DNA from: an uncultured Rikenellaceae bacterium
GTDB lineage: Bacteria; Bacteroidota; Bacteroidia; Bacteroidales; VadinHA17
Direction: 5' to 3'
DNA length: 64,000 nucleotides
Assembly (NCBI GenBank): GCA_964514725.1
Contig: CAZEUL010000005.1
Location: forward strand, 129,479-193,478
In this document: piece after piece, positions 21,578-31,952 of the stretch
Layout of the letters: the number at the start of each line of letters is the position of its first letter
Numbering within the stretch: the first letter of the stretch is position 1
The notes under the pieces: generated by a model
The model's database searches: none
The model's input: the letters and a program-made list of their open reading frames with translations, nothing else
Told to the model about the DNA's origin: nothing
Program-made: the position numbers and the translations under genes

Positions 21578-22407
21578 GCATAGACCCAGTAAAAGACCTT
21601 AAACGTCTTTGCATACACACAATTACTACAAAACCGTGGAAAATAGAGGAAGCTGCAAAACATTATTCAAAATCAGGTGTGAAAGGAATAACAGTATGGC
21701 GAGATGCACTTAACGGAAGAAACATCAAGGAGATTGGCGATATGCTTCGTGACCGCGGAATGACAATTGTCTCTCTCTGCCGCGGAGGGTTTTTCCCTGC
21801 TACCAGTAAGAAAAAAAGACAGGCAGCAATTGATGATAACAGACTGGCAATCGAGGAAGCCTTTAAACTCGGAACCGATAAGATCGTTCTTGTATGCGGT
21901 GCAGATCCCGCACTGCCACTTAAGGATTCAAGAAAACAGATATTTGAAGGAATATGTTCTATTCTTGCAGATGCTGAGAAAGCCGGAGTTAAACTGGCAA
22001 TAGAACCTTTGCACCCAATGTATGCCGACACACGGTCAGCCATAAACACAATCGCCCAGGCAAACGATATGGCAGAATCAATTGGCAGTGAAAATGTCGG
22101 TGTTGCTGTTGACGTGTATCATCTGTGGTGGGATCCTGATCTGAAAAAGGAGATATTGAGATGCGGTAAAAACAACAAGATCTTTGCTTTCCATGTCTGC
22201 GACTGGAAATCACCTACGCTTGACATTCTCAACGACCGCGGACTGATGGGAGAGGGATGTATCCCGATAAGAGAAATAAGATCATGGGTGGAGGCGGCTG
22301 GTTTTAATGGATTTATTGAAGTTGAGATTTTCTCAAACATCTGGTGGAAAACCGATCAAACTGAATTTCTTGGAAAAATTATTGAGGCGTATAAGAAGTA
22401 TGTGTGA
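21574..22407 (+). CDS. Sugar phosphate isomerase/epimerase (xylose isomerase-like TIM barrel), cytoplasmic
   Basis: ATG 21574 overlaps the upstream stop as ATGA, whereas the track start is TTG 21565. Motifs KLAIEPLHP and VAVDVYHLWWD are typical of the AP-endonuclease-2/xylose-isomerase-like fold. Confidence 0.75.
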   Translation: MSIDPVKDLKRLCIHTITTKPWKIEEAAKHYSKSGVKGITVWRDALNGRNIKEIGDMLRDRGMTIVSLCRGGFFPATSKKKRQAAIDDNRLAIEEAFKLGTDKIVLVCGADPALPLKDSRKQIFEGICSILADAEKAGVKLAIEPLHPMYADTRSAINTIAQANDMAESIGSENVGVAVDVYHLWWDPDLKKEILRCGKNNKIFAFHVCDWKSPTLDILNDRGLMGEGCIPIREIRSWVEAAGFNGFIEVEIFSNIWWKTDQTEFLGKIIEAYKKYV

Positions 22408-22513
22408 CAAAAGTCCTGAAAATCATCGATCCCATTGGAACTCAAACTGCCACTTTTACAACTTCCCATGGCTAATTTAGGAGTATGAAGGAATAAAAAA
22501 TAAAAGATAAGAA

Positions 22514-23659
22514 ATGAAAAAGCATTCAGTCGGCATAATCATGAATGGCGTTACTGGAAGGATGGGAACAAACCAGCACCTTCTCCGTTCAATATGTGAA
22601 ATTATTAAACAGGGAGGAGTAAAAATCGGAACTTCCGGAACGATTATGCCTGATCCGGTACTGGTTGGACGTAATGAGGATAAACTTAAAATCCTATGTG
22701 AGATAAGCGGCATAAAAAAAATGACTACTGATCTTGATTCAGTTCTTGGGGATCCATCATTTACTGTATATTTTGATGCTCAGACAACGGGCAAAAGAGC
22801 TGATGCAGTAAAAAAAGCAATAAGGGCCGGGAAGCATATTTATTGCGAAAAACCCGTGGCCACAAATACCAGTGAGGCATTGGAATTATTCACCCTTTGC
22901 AAACAGTCAGGTCTGAAGAATGGCGTTGTTCAGGACAAGCTGTGGCTGCCTGGAATTATCAAACTAAAGAGACTTATTCAAGAAGGTTTTTTTGGTAAAA
23001 TACTTTCAGTAAGAGGTGAATTCGGTTATTGGGTTTTTGAGGGGGATGTAATACCTTCACAACGGCCATCATGGAATTACAGGAAGGAGGATGATGGAGG
23101 AATAATAAAGGATATGCTTTGTCACTGGCGTTATGTTCTTGACAATGTTTTCGGAAAGGTAAAGGCCGTGTCATGCATTGGTGCCACCCACATAGAAAGA
23201 AGAGTAGATGAAACAGGAAAAGAATACAAATGTACTGCTGATGATTCTGCTTATGTAACCTTTGAGCTTGAAAATGGCATTATTGCCCACTTCAATTCCT
23301 CATGGACAGTAAGGGTTCGACGCGACGACCTTCTGACACTTCAGGTTGATGGGACAAAAGGATCGGCAGTGGCGGGCCTCAGAGAGTGTTATATCCAGCA
23401 TTATGGGAATACACCACGACCGGTATGGAATCCTGACATTCCTCAACCAATAAACTTCTTCGATGGATGGTCAAAGGTGCCTGAACAGGAGATCTATGAG
23501 AATGCATTTAAAGTACAGTGGGAACTTTTTCTTAAACATATAGTGAATGATGACCCATTCCCATGGGATCTCCGTGAGGGAGCAAAAGGTGTTCAGCTTG
23601 CAGAGAAAGGGCTGGAAAGCTGGGCTAAACGATGTTGGATCGATATACCTGAACTTTAA
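22514..23659 (+). CDS. Gfo/Idh/MocA family oxidoreductase, cytoplasmic
   Basis: It has a Rossmann N-terminus (VGIIMNGVTGRMG) and the EKP motif (HIYCEKPVA). It has no signal peptide. Confidence 0.85.
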   Translation: MKKHSVGIIMNGVTGRMGTNQHLLRSICEIIKQGGVKIGTSGTIMPDPVLVGRNEDKLKILCEISGIKKMTTDLDSVLGDPSFTVYFDAQTTGKRADAVKKAIRAGKHIYCEKPVATNTSEALELFTLCKQSGLKNGVVQDKLWLPGIIKLKRLIQEGFFGKILSVRGEFGYWVFEGDVIPSQRPSWNYRKEDDGGIIKDMLCHWRYVLDNVFGKVKAVSCIGATHIERRVDETGKEYKCTADDSAYVTFELENGIIAHFNSSWTVRVRRDDLLTLQVDGTKGSAVAGLRECYIQHYGNTPRPVWNPDIPQPINFFDGWSKVPEQEIYENAFKVQWELFLKHIVNDDPFPWDLREGAKGVQLAEKGLESWAKRCWIDIPEL

Positions 23660-23765
23660 AATCTAAATAATCTGAAACCCGCATGTATTATAAACACAAA
23701 CAAAAATGAAAAAAACGACAACATGTGGGTTATATGTGACCTTTTAAAATCAAAATTATTTACAA

Positions 23766-24776
23766 ATGAAAACTACACGCAGAAATTTCATATCCAGGTC
23801 AGTGTTGACAGCTGCCGGTATTACAGCCGGAATCAACTCTACCCTTTTTGACATTCAAAGTATAACAGAATCCGGAACAATACCCGCGAATTTGCATACA
23901 TTGGATGACGATGCCTTCAAAATATCCATCTTCTCAAAACATCTCCATTGGCTTAATTACAGCGATATGGCCAAAGCACTGTCAGATATGGGATTTGACG
24001 GAGCTGACCTTACCGTTCGTCCGGGCGGACATGTTCTTCCGGAGAATGTCGAAATAGATCTGCCAAAAGCAGTAGAAGCCCTTGCAAGAAACGGCAAAAA
24101 AGTCTATATGATTACCACTTCAGTAATCGATGCAGAGGATCCGCTTTCAGCTAAAATATTGAAAACAGCCTCCTCTCTCGGAATTAAACATTACAGAACA
24201 GGTTACCTATTTTATAACGAAAAGAACCCTGTAAGCAGCGATCTGGCCAGATTTCAGCAACAACTTGAAAAACTTGCGATCCTGAATGCGAAATATTCAA
24301 TATCAGGCGAATATCAGAACCACTCCGGAAACTACGGTCAGGGAATCTATTTTGGCGCCCCAATCTGGGATCTTTCCGCAGCCCTTGAAAAAATCAATTC
24401 ACCATGGCTCGGTTCACAATATGATGTTTACCATGCTACTGTTGAAGGAGCTAATGCCTGGTCAGTCGGACTAAGACTTATTGGTAAATACATCAGATCG
24501 GGAGATATCAAGGACTTTAAATGGATGGAGAAAGATGGCAGAGTCAGATCTGTTACAGTACCACTGGGTGACGGCATGGTCGACTTTAAAACTTTTTTCA
24601 TTTTTCTAAGGGAAAATAAAATTGGCATTCCTCTTTCAATACATTATGAATATCCGCTTGGCGGCGCCGAAAATGGTAGTAGAGAGCTTACAATGAAGAA
24701 AGCAGATGTACTGGCAGCTATGAAAAGGGATCTTGAAACGCTTAAAAAATATCTGAAAGAAACTGGATTAGCATAA
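23766..24776 (+). CDS. Sugar phosphate isomerase/epimerase-type TIM barrel with Tat signal (periplasmic)
   Basis: It has a Tat motif (TTRRNFISRSVLTAAGITAG) and TIM-barrel motifs ISGEYQNHSG and QYDVYHATVEG. Confidence 0.75.
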   Translation: MKTTRRNFISRSVLTAAGITAGINSTLFDIQSITESGTIPANLHTLDDDAFKISIFSKHLHWLNYSDMAKALSDMGFDGADLTVRPGGHVLPENVEIDLPKAVEALARNGKKVYMITTSVIDAEDPLSAKILKTASSLGIKHYRTGYLFYNEKNPVSSDLARFQQQLEKLAILNAKYSISGEYQNHSGNYGQGIYFGAPIWDLSAALEKINSPWLGSQYDVYHATVEGANAWSVGLRLIGKYIRSGDIKDFKWMEKDGRVRSVTVPLGDGMVDFKTFFIFLRENKIGIPLSIHYEYPLGGAENGSRELTMKKADVLAAMKRDLETLKKYLKETGLA

Positions 24777-24939
24777 CAAAATTTGTTCTGTCATTTGGGC
24801 AAGCATCAAGAGAATAAGGTTAAAAATGTCTTTAAAACAAATACCTTATACATAGATCTTGAGCAAAAACCAACTGATAAGTGATCTTTAGATAAAGTGA
24901 TAAATAATTTTATGTCAGCGGGATATTAAATCCGGGAAT

Positions 24940-27216
24940 ATGAAAAATATGAAATATTGGGTATTGCATATTTTGCTTTTTCTTTCATTTATGTGCAATG
25001 CTTATGCACAGAAAAAAGCCTTTACCAGAGAAGATTTTGCCAAACCTCCTATACAGTATTGGCCCAGACCTTTATATTTCTGGAATAATATAACTGTCAG
25101 GCCAGAAGTATTAACCGATCAGATGCAAAAAATGCGCGATATATGCGGTTATGGAGGTTTCGGAGTTGTTCCGTTCGGGAAACATTTCAGTCCTGAATAT
25201 CTCTCAGAAGATTACCTTAATCTTTATGGGATCATGCTTGAAAAGGCAAAAGAACTCGGAATGGCTGTAAGTCTTTATGATGAGTTTGGATTCCCCAGCG
25301 GATCGGTTGGTGCATTTGATGAAGGAGACGGAACGCCTCGGTTTCAGATGAAATATCCTGATTATACAATTCAGAGACTTGACAAGTTTGAGGATGAAGT
25401 AACCGGACCATTATTTTATGAGAGGAAGATCCCCGAAGGTAAAATTATGGGTGTAGTGGCCATGAATATGGAAGATAAGAAAAGAATGGACCTTTCTTCA
25501 GATGTGAGAGATGGAATTCTGAAATATAATATTCCCCCTGGCCGATGGAAGATCATGTTCTTCAGTTGTTTAATTGACGGTAATCCGTTAACGGATTATC
25601 TTAATCCTGAAGCAGCTTATAATTTCACGAAAATGGTGCACGATGTTTATTACAACCGTTTTAAAAATTATTTCGGAAATGTCATTTACGGGACCTTTTT
25701 TGATGAACCTTCAATGTTCCATGCTCAATTCAGGATGTGGACACCGATGTTTAATGAAAAATTTATCAAAAAGTATGGATTCAGTCCGGCAACACTTTAT
25801 CCTGCCTTGTGGTATGATATCGGACCTGATACGCAATCTGCACGCAATTATTTGTTTGGTTTTCGTGCTGAATTGTATTCGGAAGGGTTTCACAAAGTGG
25901 TGAACGACTGGTCGGTGGCTCACGGGATAACTGCTACCGGACATACAGCTCCCGAAGAGGCAATTATACCTGCAAACGGTTCAGGCGACCTTATGAAATC
26001 ATTCAAATTCCTCGAGATACCTGGTATAGACAAGATAGGGGGATACCGCTACGCAGAAAGATTCTATAAAATTGTCAGTTCTTCCGCTTACAACTGGGAC
26101 AAGAAGCTGGTAATGTCTGAAACTTATGGTGCGATGCCTAATTACAATGAGCCGGGCGATCTGACATGGAATAATATCTGGGCTATTGCAAATGATCAAT
26201 ATTCTAAAGGAATAAATATGCTTATTCCCCATGCAGTCTGGTATGATAATACCAAAGTAACATACAAACCTGAACTTTCACACCGGAATCCTCTTTATGC
26301 CGACAGTTTGAAAACTTTTACGACCTATCTTGCACGACTGAATGTTATTTTGCAGGCTGGAGGAAGACATGTTGCGGATGTTGCGGTGCTTTATCCAATT
26401 AACTCTCTTCTTGGTGACCATTATTTCTATACTGAAAAAGGTCCGGCAAATGTTGACGGATGGGTGGATCCCAATAACAGCTTTTACAATGAAGCAGTTT
26501 CAGAAATAGACTATGTTAATCTCGGCGATTGGCTTATAAATGGTACAGGAACTGATTTTACTTTTATTCACCCGGAAGTACTTGATGAAAAATGCAAAGT
26601 TGAGCAAGGACGACTTGATTTGATGAATAATATTAATTATGAGAGTTATAAAGTGCTTTGCCTTCCTTCATGTTACATGATTTCTCTGAGCAATCTGAAA
26701 AAGATTACCGACTTTTATAATTCCGGAGGGTTGGTTTTATTTACCACACGTCTTCCACATAAATCATGTGAAGCAGGGCAGGACAGCGCAGTGGTAAGGA
26801 TGATAAAATCTATCTTTCCGTTAATGGAAGAAAATGCATATGATATGATAGAAAATGAGAAAGGAGGAAAAGCATTTTTCCTTCCCAGCCCTGATGCACT
26901 CGGAATATCGGAAGTTTTATATGGATCAGGATTGGATTTTGATGTCAGGTATCCATTAAATCCTAATTTGCAATATATTCATAAGATAGTTGAGGGCCGG
27001 AATGTATTTTTGTTTGCCAATACGGGAAAAACAGCAATTCAGACCGAAACAACTATTATTGGAAGGATTCCCTTAGAGGAATGGAACCCCCATACAGGTG
27101 CTGTAAGGGAATCGGATTTCAGATTTATTGAAAACAAAACTTCAGGTTTATATTCAACGGTTGTGAGTTTAAACCTGAAACCATATAATTCAGTTTTTTT
27201 AATCGAGAAAGAATAA
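24940..27216 (+). CDS. Secreted putative glycoside hydrolase (family uncertain)
   Basis: It has a signal peptide. The N-terminal FAKPPIQYWPRPLYFWNN pattern resembles the PPxxYRPxPFWxWN start of large Bacteroidota proteins annotated as glycosyl hydrolases. I cannot identify catalytic residues by eye. Confidence 0.4.
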   Translation: MKNMKYWVLHILLFLSFMCNAYAQKKAFTREDFAKPPIQYWPRPLYFWNNITVRPEVLTDQMQKMRDICGYGGFGVVPFGKHFSPEYLSEDYLNLYGIMLEKAKELGMAVSLYDEFGFPSGSVGAFDEGDGTPRFQMKYPDYTIQRLDKFEDEVTGPLFYERKIPEGKIMGVVAMNMEDKKRMDLSSDVRDGILKYNIPPGRWKIMFFSCLIDGNPLTDYLNPEAAYNFTKMVHDVYYNRFKNYFGNVIYGTFFDEPSMFHAQFRMWTPMFNEKFIKKYGFSPATLYPALWYDIGPDTQSARNYLFGFRAELYSEGFHKVVNDWSVAHGITATGHTAPEEAIIPANGSGDLMKSFKFLEIPGIDKIGGYRYAERFYKIVSSSAYNWDKKLVMSETYGAMPNYNEPGDLTWNNIWAIANDQYSKGINMLIPHAVWYDNTKVTYKPELSHRNPLYADSLKTFTTYLARLNVILQAGGRHVADVAVLYPINSLLGDHYFYTEKGPANVDGWVDPNNSFYNEAVSEIDYVNLGDWLINGTGTDFTFIHPEVLDEKCKVEQGRLDLMNNINYESYKVLCLPSCYMISLSNLKKITDFYNSGGLVLFTTRLPHKSCEAGQDSAVVRMIKSIFPLMEENAYDMIENEKGGKAFFLPSPDALGISEVLYGSGLDFDVRYPLNPNLQYIHKIVEGRNVFLFANTGKTAIQTETTIIGRIPLEEWNPHTGAVRESDFRFIENKTSGLYSTVVSLNLKPYNSVFLIEKE

Positions 27217-27448
27217 CTGTCTGATGTTTCTGATTGGAATCTGATTGTTAATCTTTCAACTTTTTTCCTCCTGATGCCATTCAGATTGCCATCCATAATT
27301 GCATTACTGAATGATAAATTGTGTTCTGTGAATCAACACAAGGATTAATAAGACCACAATTGAACATCAGCCAATTTCAAGGCTTTAAATATATTTTTCG
27401 AAAACCTGATGGGAGAAGCCAATGGATTGATTGGCAATAATTTCACCC

Positions 27449-28729
27449 TTACTGTTTATCGTAAACAATTTCCTTTAATCCTGAAACTTTGTTTCCTGAA
27501 GCGGTAACTCTTGAACTGTTTTTGCCAACACGTATGGCCGTAGTTTGTTTCCCTTTGCCTGTTGACCTGATAGTGTTATTTTTTATAATGATGTCGTGTG
27601 TGACCCCACCTATATAAAGGCCGCTGGCTTCCTCCTTCATGCCATTATTTTCTATTACGTTGTTAACAAAAGTATTGCGGTGTCCGGCATTCTGTTCATT
27701 CTCATCACGGAACAAAACTCCCTGATGGGCATTTTCATAAACATGATTGTTTTCAAAAACATTATCAGTATCCTTATGACCTATTGAAATTCCATTATCT
27801 TCATTGGCATATAATATATTGTTCCTGAAAATCCCATTCTGCACTCTCCAGCAGAGAAACAATCCGTCTCCCTTGTTGTGATGTGCAATACAGTTTTCAA
27901 CTACCGAATGGTCTGATCCTGTGCCTGGATGAAATCCAAGACCACCGCCATTTGATGCTTCAGAGCCTCTGATAGTTATTTTTTCGGTTATCTGCCAGCT
28001 GAAAGAATCCCCGTTAAATTCATTGACTTTCACATTCTCAACAAGACAGTTTTTTGACTTGTGAATATAGACACCTCCACCCCTGCATCCATTTATATAA
28101 TCATTTTTTGCCTTATTCCCTTCAATCACCAGATCTGCAATTCTGACATTCTGTACTCCAACAGCCTCAATGATTGAGCAGGCATTTGAGACAACACCAT
28201 TTTTCTCTGCTATATAATCGTTCACAGTGTTGTTGTCGAAATAGATGACATTATCAATGATATCTGTTATGACCGCTGTAGTCACTTCCCATCCCTGATT
28301 GTTGTCATCATCTGAAAGCTGTATTCCCATCCCTTTCCTGAATCCGCTGGCATCTTTGACGACAGCCTTAAGCATACCCCAGTCGGCATCAATGATGTAG
28401 CTGGTCCTGAAACCATCACATTTCCTGAGAATCGTAGATTTCCCTGATCCGACAAGTGAGATATTATCTGAAAGGCGAACGGGCCCGGTTATTTCATAAG
28501 TTCCGGGATTTAATCTTACAGTTCCTCCTCCTCTGGTCTTGATAGCATCCAGTGCTATCTGAATCGCTGATGAGGAATAGCCCGGTATGTCTGCCTCAGG
28601 TCCGCCGACCGTAATAATCTGTTCCGCCTTTTTTACATCAACCAGACCAATATTCTGCCCAATTGCAAAGATGCCTGTCAACAAGCATGTGATTAATGAT
28701 GTTGCAACTTTTTTAAATTCTCTTTTCAT
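27449..28729 (-). CDS. Right-handed parallel beta-helix repeat protein (pectate-lyase fold)
   Basis: The likely start is MKREFKK at 28729, whereas the track start 28771 overlaps the upstream gene. PbH1-like repeats are present (NNILYANEDNGI, NNHVYENAHQGV, NNVIENNG, NNTIRS). Confidence 0.65.
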   Translation of the reverse strand: MKREFKKVATSLITCLLTGIFAIGQNIGLVDVKKAEQIITVGGPEADIPGYSSSAIQIALDAIKTRGGGTVRLNPGTYEITGPVRLSDNISLVGSGKSTILRKCDGFRTSYIIDADWGMLKAVVKDASGFRKGMGIQLSDDDNNQGWEVTTAVITDIIDNVIYFDNNTVNDYIAEKNGVVSNACSIIEAVGVQNVRIADLVIEGNKAKNDYINGCRGGGVYIHKSKNCLVENVKVNEFNGDSFSWQITEKITIRGSEASNGGGLGFHPGTGSDHSVVENCIAHHNKGDGLFLCWRVQNGIFRNNILYANEDNGISIGHKDTDNVFENNHVYENAHQGVLFRDENEQNAGHRNTFVNNVIENNGMKEEASGLYIGGVTHDIIIKNNTIRSTGKGKQTTAIRVGKNSSRVTASGNKVSGLKEIVYDKQ

Positions 28730-28770
28730 TTCTAGATTTTTATGGTTTTGGAAATACAAGTTTATTTTCA

Positions 28771-30708
28771 TTATTTTTTATTGTTCTGCAATTTCTTTTC
28801 AATAAGATTCCCCATCATGATTCTCTGAAAATCCCATTTTTGAGCATCAAAGCTCCATACATCAAGATTCCCGATGGATTTAGGACCAAATGGGGCCTTA
28901 ATGATTTGATTGACAATAGAATCGGCCCGCATAGTATTGCCATCAGCCTCTGATAACAGCCTCATGTACTCATATTCCTGTACTCCATCACGCATGGCTT
29001 TCAGCCGGATAGAGGGACATGCACCATTTACATTGGGTACAACACCAGGAGCATAAATCAAAAGAGCATTGCCATTGATTTTTTTATACGTGAATTCAGC
29101 CTCAGATTCTGGTCTTGCCTTAGATGCGTCTTTCCATGTTTCCGGATCATACCATCCGCTTATCCAGCCTGCTCCGGCTCCCCAGCTTAACCATGAACGG
29201 GTCCTGTATTTCCAGCTGCTCCAGCTTATTGCACGGTCATTGACAAGCGGAAGATCCAGAAATGTAGAACTTCCTACCCAGCTGTTCACCTTGCTCTCGT
29301 AAAGCATCGGCCCGTACAGCCATACTTTAATGCCCATATCCTGATATTTCTTAACCGTTTCATAGTCATATTCAATGGTATGGGAAGCCCAGGAGTTAAT
29401 TGAATTCTTCACAACCTGAAGCGCTTCTTCGGTGTAGCCGCCATCAATCCGAAAATTTGCCTCAGGATATAATTCACGGAACATATCGCCATAATATACC
29501 ATACGGCTCCATGCCTCAGGGAAATATGATTCATCAAGCCCATTCAGATAAACAGTGATATCAGTTTTGGAGGTATCAATAAGTGATTTGAAATGCTCAC
29601 GAACCTGTTTAATACATTCAGTATATATTGTTCTGTTTGCAGGTTCTCTTTCAACATCAGGCTTACCGATATCAGGCCAGCCTTTAGTTCCGTGTTTTCC
29701 ATATACATCAAACGGCAGAACGAATGTTTCAATAGGTTCTCCATACCCCGGACCAAAATGATATCCGAATTCTTTTGTAAATGCCTTGCCTGTGAAATAT
29801 TTATTTAAACGATCATCAAAGGCCTTCCAGTCAATAATAACCTTTCCTGTCTCGCTTATTTTAAGCCCGGGCTCGTATGTCGGATCCAGCATGGTCACCC
29901 TGTTTCTTTTTAATAACTGATATATCTCCAGTTCCTGCTTCTCAGGCATGCTTTTCATAAATCCTTCATGTTGAAGGCCCGCCTTTAACTTATTCTCATT
30001 AGGCAGCTCAAAATCCCATATTGTGAGATTTACGGGAATTTTGCGTGTGAATCCTTTAATTGTTATCTTTAATTCTGATGAATAAACACCCGGAGCCGCT
30101 TCCTGCCTGCTGAAAGGAATAAACTGATCAAACCAGATAATTATAGATTTCTGATTATCAATCCGGTTGTTGAAATCAGGAAGCCATAAAGGATATATCC
30201 ACCGCCATTTTACCTGTGATGAATCATCCTGAATGTAAGAAAAAGGGATAAGGGCATCCGGGTACCATCCATTGCCAAGTGAAGCTTTGGGATATCCCGT
30301 GCTTGGAGTTTTAACTTCAACTGCCCATTCAAGAAAAGGTTCAGGCTTTACCGGAACTTCAATTTCTCCTTTTCTGAATGGAGCCATCTCAACTCTGATA
30401 TTATCCAGTGTCTCTTTAATCAAAGTGGTTATTACCAGCTGAAATGAAAGATATTCTCCTCTTGCGGCATGCAGTGTTACCAGATTACCATCATAAATCA
30501 GATTTTTCTTTAGCAGATCCCTGCCTGTCTCCTTATCATCTTTTAAGAGAACAAACCGGTTATCAATGATTTCATTGTTTGTCGGATCAAGCCTTACCGA
30601 AGATGGGATTACCGTAACCGTCCAGTCTGATCCTCCTCCGTTTTTTTTAGGGGCCGAGCAGCTGTATAATGTGTAAATAATCAATGAAATAATAAACAGA
30701 TTTCTCAT
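28771..30708 (-). CDS. DUF4091 (GH123-like) glycoside hydrolase lipoprotein
   Basis: It has a lipobox (LYSCS). Motifs AISWSSWKYRTRSWLSWGAG, ALLIYAPG and RLKAMRDGVQEYEYMRLL match the other DUF4091-like ORFs in this window. Confidence 0.7.
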   Translation of the reverse strand: MRNLFIISLIIYTLYSCSAPKKNGGGSDWTVTVIPSSVRLDPTNNEIIDNRFVLLKDDKETGRDLLKKNLIYDGNLVTLHAARGEYLSFQLVITTLIKETLDNIRVEMAPFRKGEIEVPVKPEPFLEWAVEVKTPSTGYPKASLGNGWYPDALIPFSYIQDDSSQVKWRWIYPLWLPDFNNRIDNQKSIIIWFDQFIPFSRQEAAPGVYSSELKITIKGFTRKIPVNLTIWDFELPNENKLKAGLQHEGFMKSMPEKQELEIYQLLKRNRVTMLDPTYEPGLKISETGKVIIDWKAFDDRLNKYFTGKAFTKEFGYHFGPGYGEPIETFVLPFDVYGKHGTKGWPDIGKPDVEREPANRTIYTECIKQVREHFKSLIDTSKTDITVYLNGLDESYFPEAWSRMVYYGDMFRELYPEANFRIDGGYTEEALQVVKNSINSWASHTIEYDYETVKKYQDMGIKVWLYGPMLYESKVNSWVGSSTFLDLPLVNDRAISWSSWKYRTRSWLSWGAGAGWISGWYDPETWKDASKARPESEAEFTYKKINGNALLIYAPGVVPNVNGACPSIRLKAMRDGVQEYEYMRLLSEADGNTMRADSIVNQIIKAPFGPKSIGNLDVWSFDAQKWDFQRIMMGNLIEKKLQNNKK

Positions 30709-31005
30709 ATTTTATGTATATGTATTTTCTAATAAATTTATCTCAATATTTTGGAATCCATTTCACACATTCCAATACCATTCCATCATTCTGCAATTTT
30801 CACGTTCCCCCATTATCCTCATACTGTTTTCCTTCGGCCGTGAAGTCAATAACTTTCCCAATTTATAAAAATGTTTAAATTATTAATGCAACAAATGAAA
30901 TTGTCATAACAGTTTTATTATCTTTTTACTTTAAAATTGAAAATATTTGATCCATATTTAATAAATACTATGATTATTGTCTTACATTAAGTTAATCAGG
31001 ATAAA

Positions 31006-31800
31006 ATGAAAAATACAGTTTTGTTTATTTTAGTGCTAAATATAATTGCATGCACCAGGGATGAAAAGGTGATGTACGCAGATCTTACACCTGCTGAATT
31101 TAAAGAAAGAATTGAGAAATGTCCTGTAGCTTATCTTCCATTGGGGACCCTTGAATGGCATGGCGATCATCTGCCTCTTGGTTCAGACGGACTGCAGGCA
31201 GAAGGATTTTTTAAGAAACTGGCAGAAAATTTTGGAGGCATCGTTTTACCAAAGCTTTTTGTTGGCCCTGATGGATATGATACACTAATAGCAGGCAGGG
31301 AGTATTATGGAATGGATTGCGGAAAGGTTTTCAGTAATCAGTGTAATTATGAGATACAGCAGCTGCCCGGTAGTGCCTACTGGGTTTCTGATTCAACCTT
31401 CGATATTCTTATGAACGGCATAATGAAACAGCTAAGCCGTGCCGGATTCAGGATTGTTGTTGCACATGGTCATGGACCATCGACTCAATATATAGGATCT
31501 CATGCACAGGAATTTTTGAAGCGTTATAATCTTGTTGTCATGAATTGCTGGGGCGGCGACAAGGATGACCTTTGCCTGATGTGCGATCATGCAGGTGCTA
31601 ACGAAACCTCTTTGATGATGTTTCTTCATCCTGATCTTGTAAAGATGCAAAACCTGCCATCTGATCCTGATGTCTGGCCTCTTGGGATGCTTGGCAAGGA
31701 TCCGAGGACTGATGCCACCAGCTCCAAAGGAAGAAAAATAGTAGAGTTTGAAATTGAAAAAATGAAATCGATTCTTCAGAAAGAACTTGAAAAACTCTGA
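31006..31800 (+). CDS. Creatininase-family amidohydrolase, lipoprotein
   Basis: It has a lipobox (LNIIAC) and the creatininase-type metal motif YLPLGTLEWHGDHLPLGSDG. Confidence 0.7.
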   Translation: MKNTVLFILVLNIIACTRDEKVMYADLTPAEFKERIEKCPVAYLPLGTLEWHGDHLPLGSDGLQAEGFFKKLAENFGGIVLPKLFVGPDGYDTLIAGREYYGMDCGKVFSNQCNYEIQQLPGSAYWVSDSTFDILMNGIMKQLSRAGFRIVVAHGHGPSTQYIGSHAQEFLKRYNLVVMNCWGGDKDDLCLMCDHAGANETSLMMFLHPDLVKMQNLPSDPDVWPLGMLGKDPRTDATSSKGRKIVEFEIEKMKSILQKELEKL

Positions 31801-31952
31801 TAACTAAAAGTATGTTAATGAATTCTGATTATAGCTGGTATTCTTTACATCCGGGAATATTTATATTTAATATTCCGAATATTTTCATATTGATCAATCC
31901 GGAAAAATTCGCATAGATAATTGGAATTAAATAAACTTTTACCCCACCAGGC

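Noticed and set aside
23706-23747. 13-codon mini-ORF (MKKTTTCGLYVTF) upstream of the Tat TIM-barrel gene.
   Set aside because: It is too short and has no supporting features. It is likely a chance ORF.
27217-27448. 232-nt gap between convergent genes containing a 7-bp inverted repeat (TTGTGTT...AACACAA). I considered it as a terminator or gene remnant.
   Set aside because: The stem is short, no T-tract follows, and I found no extended open frame or similarity to neighbouring genes. I do not call it.
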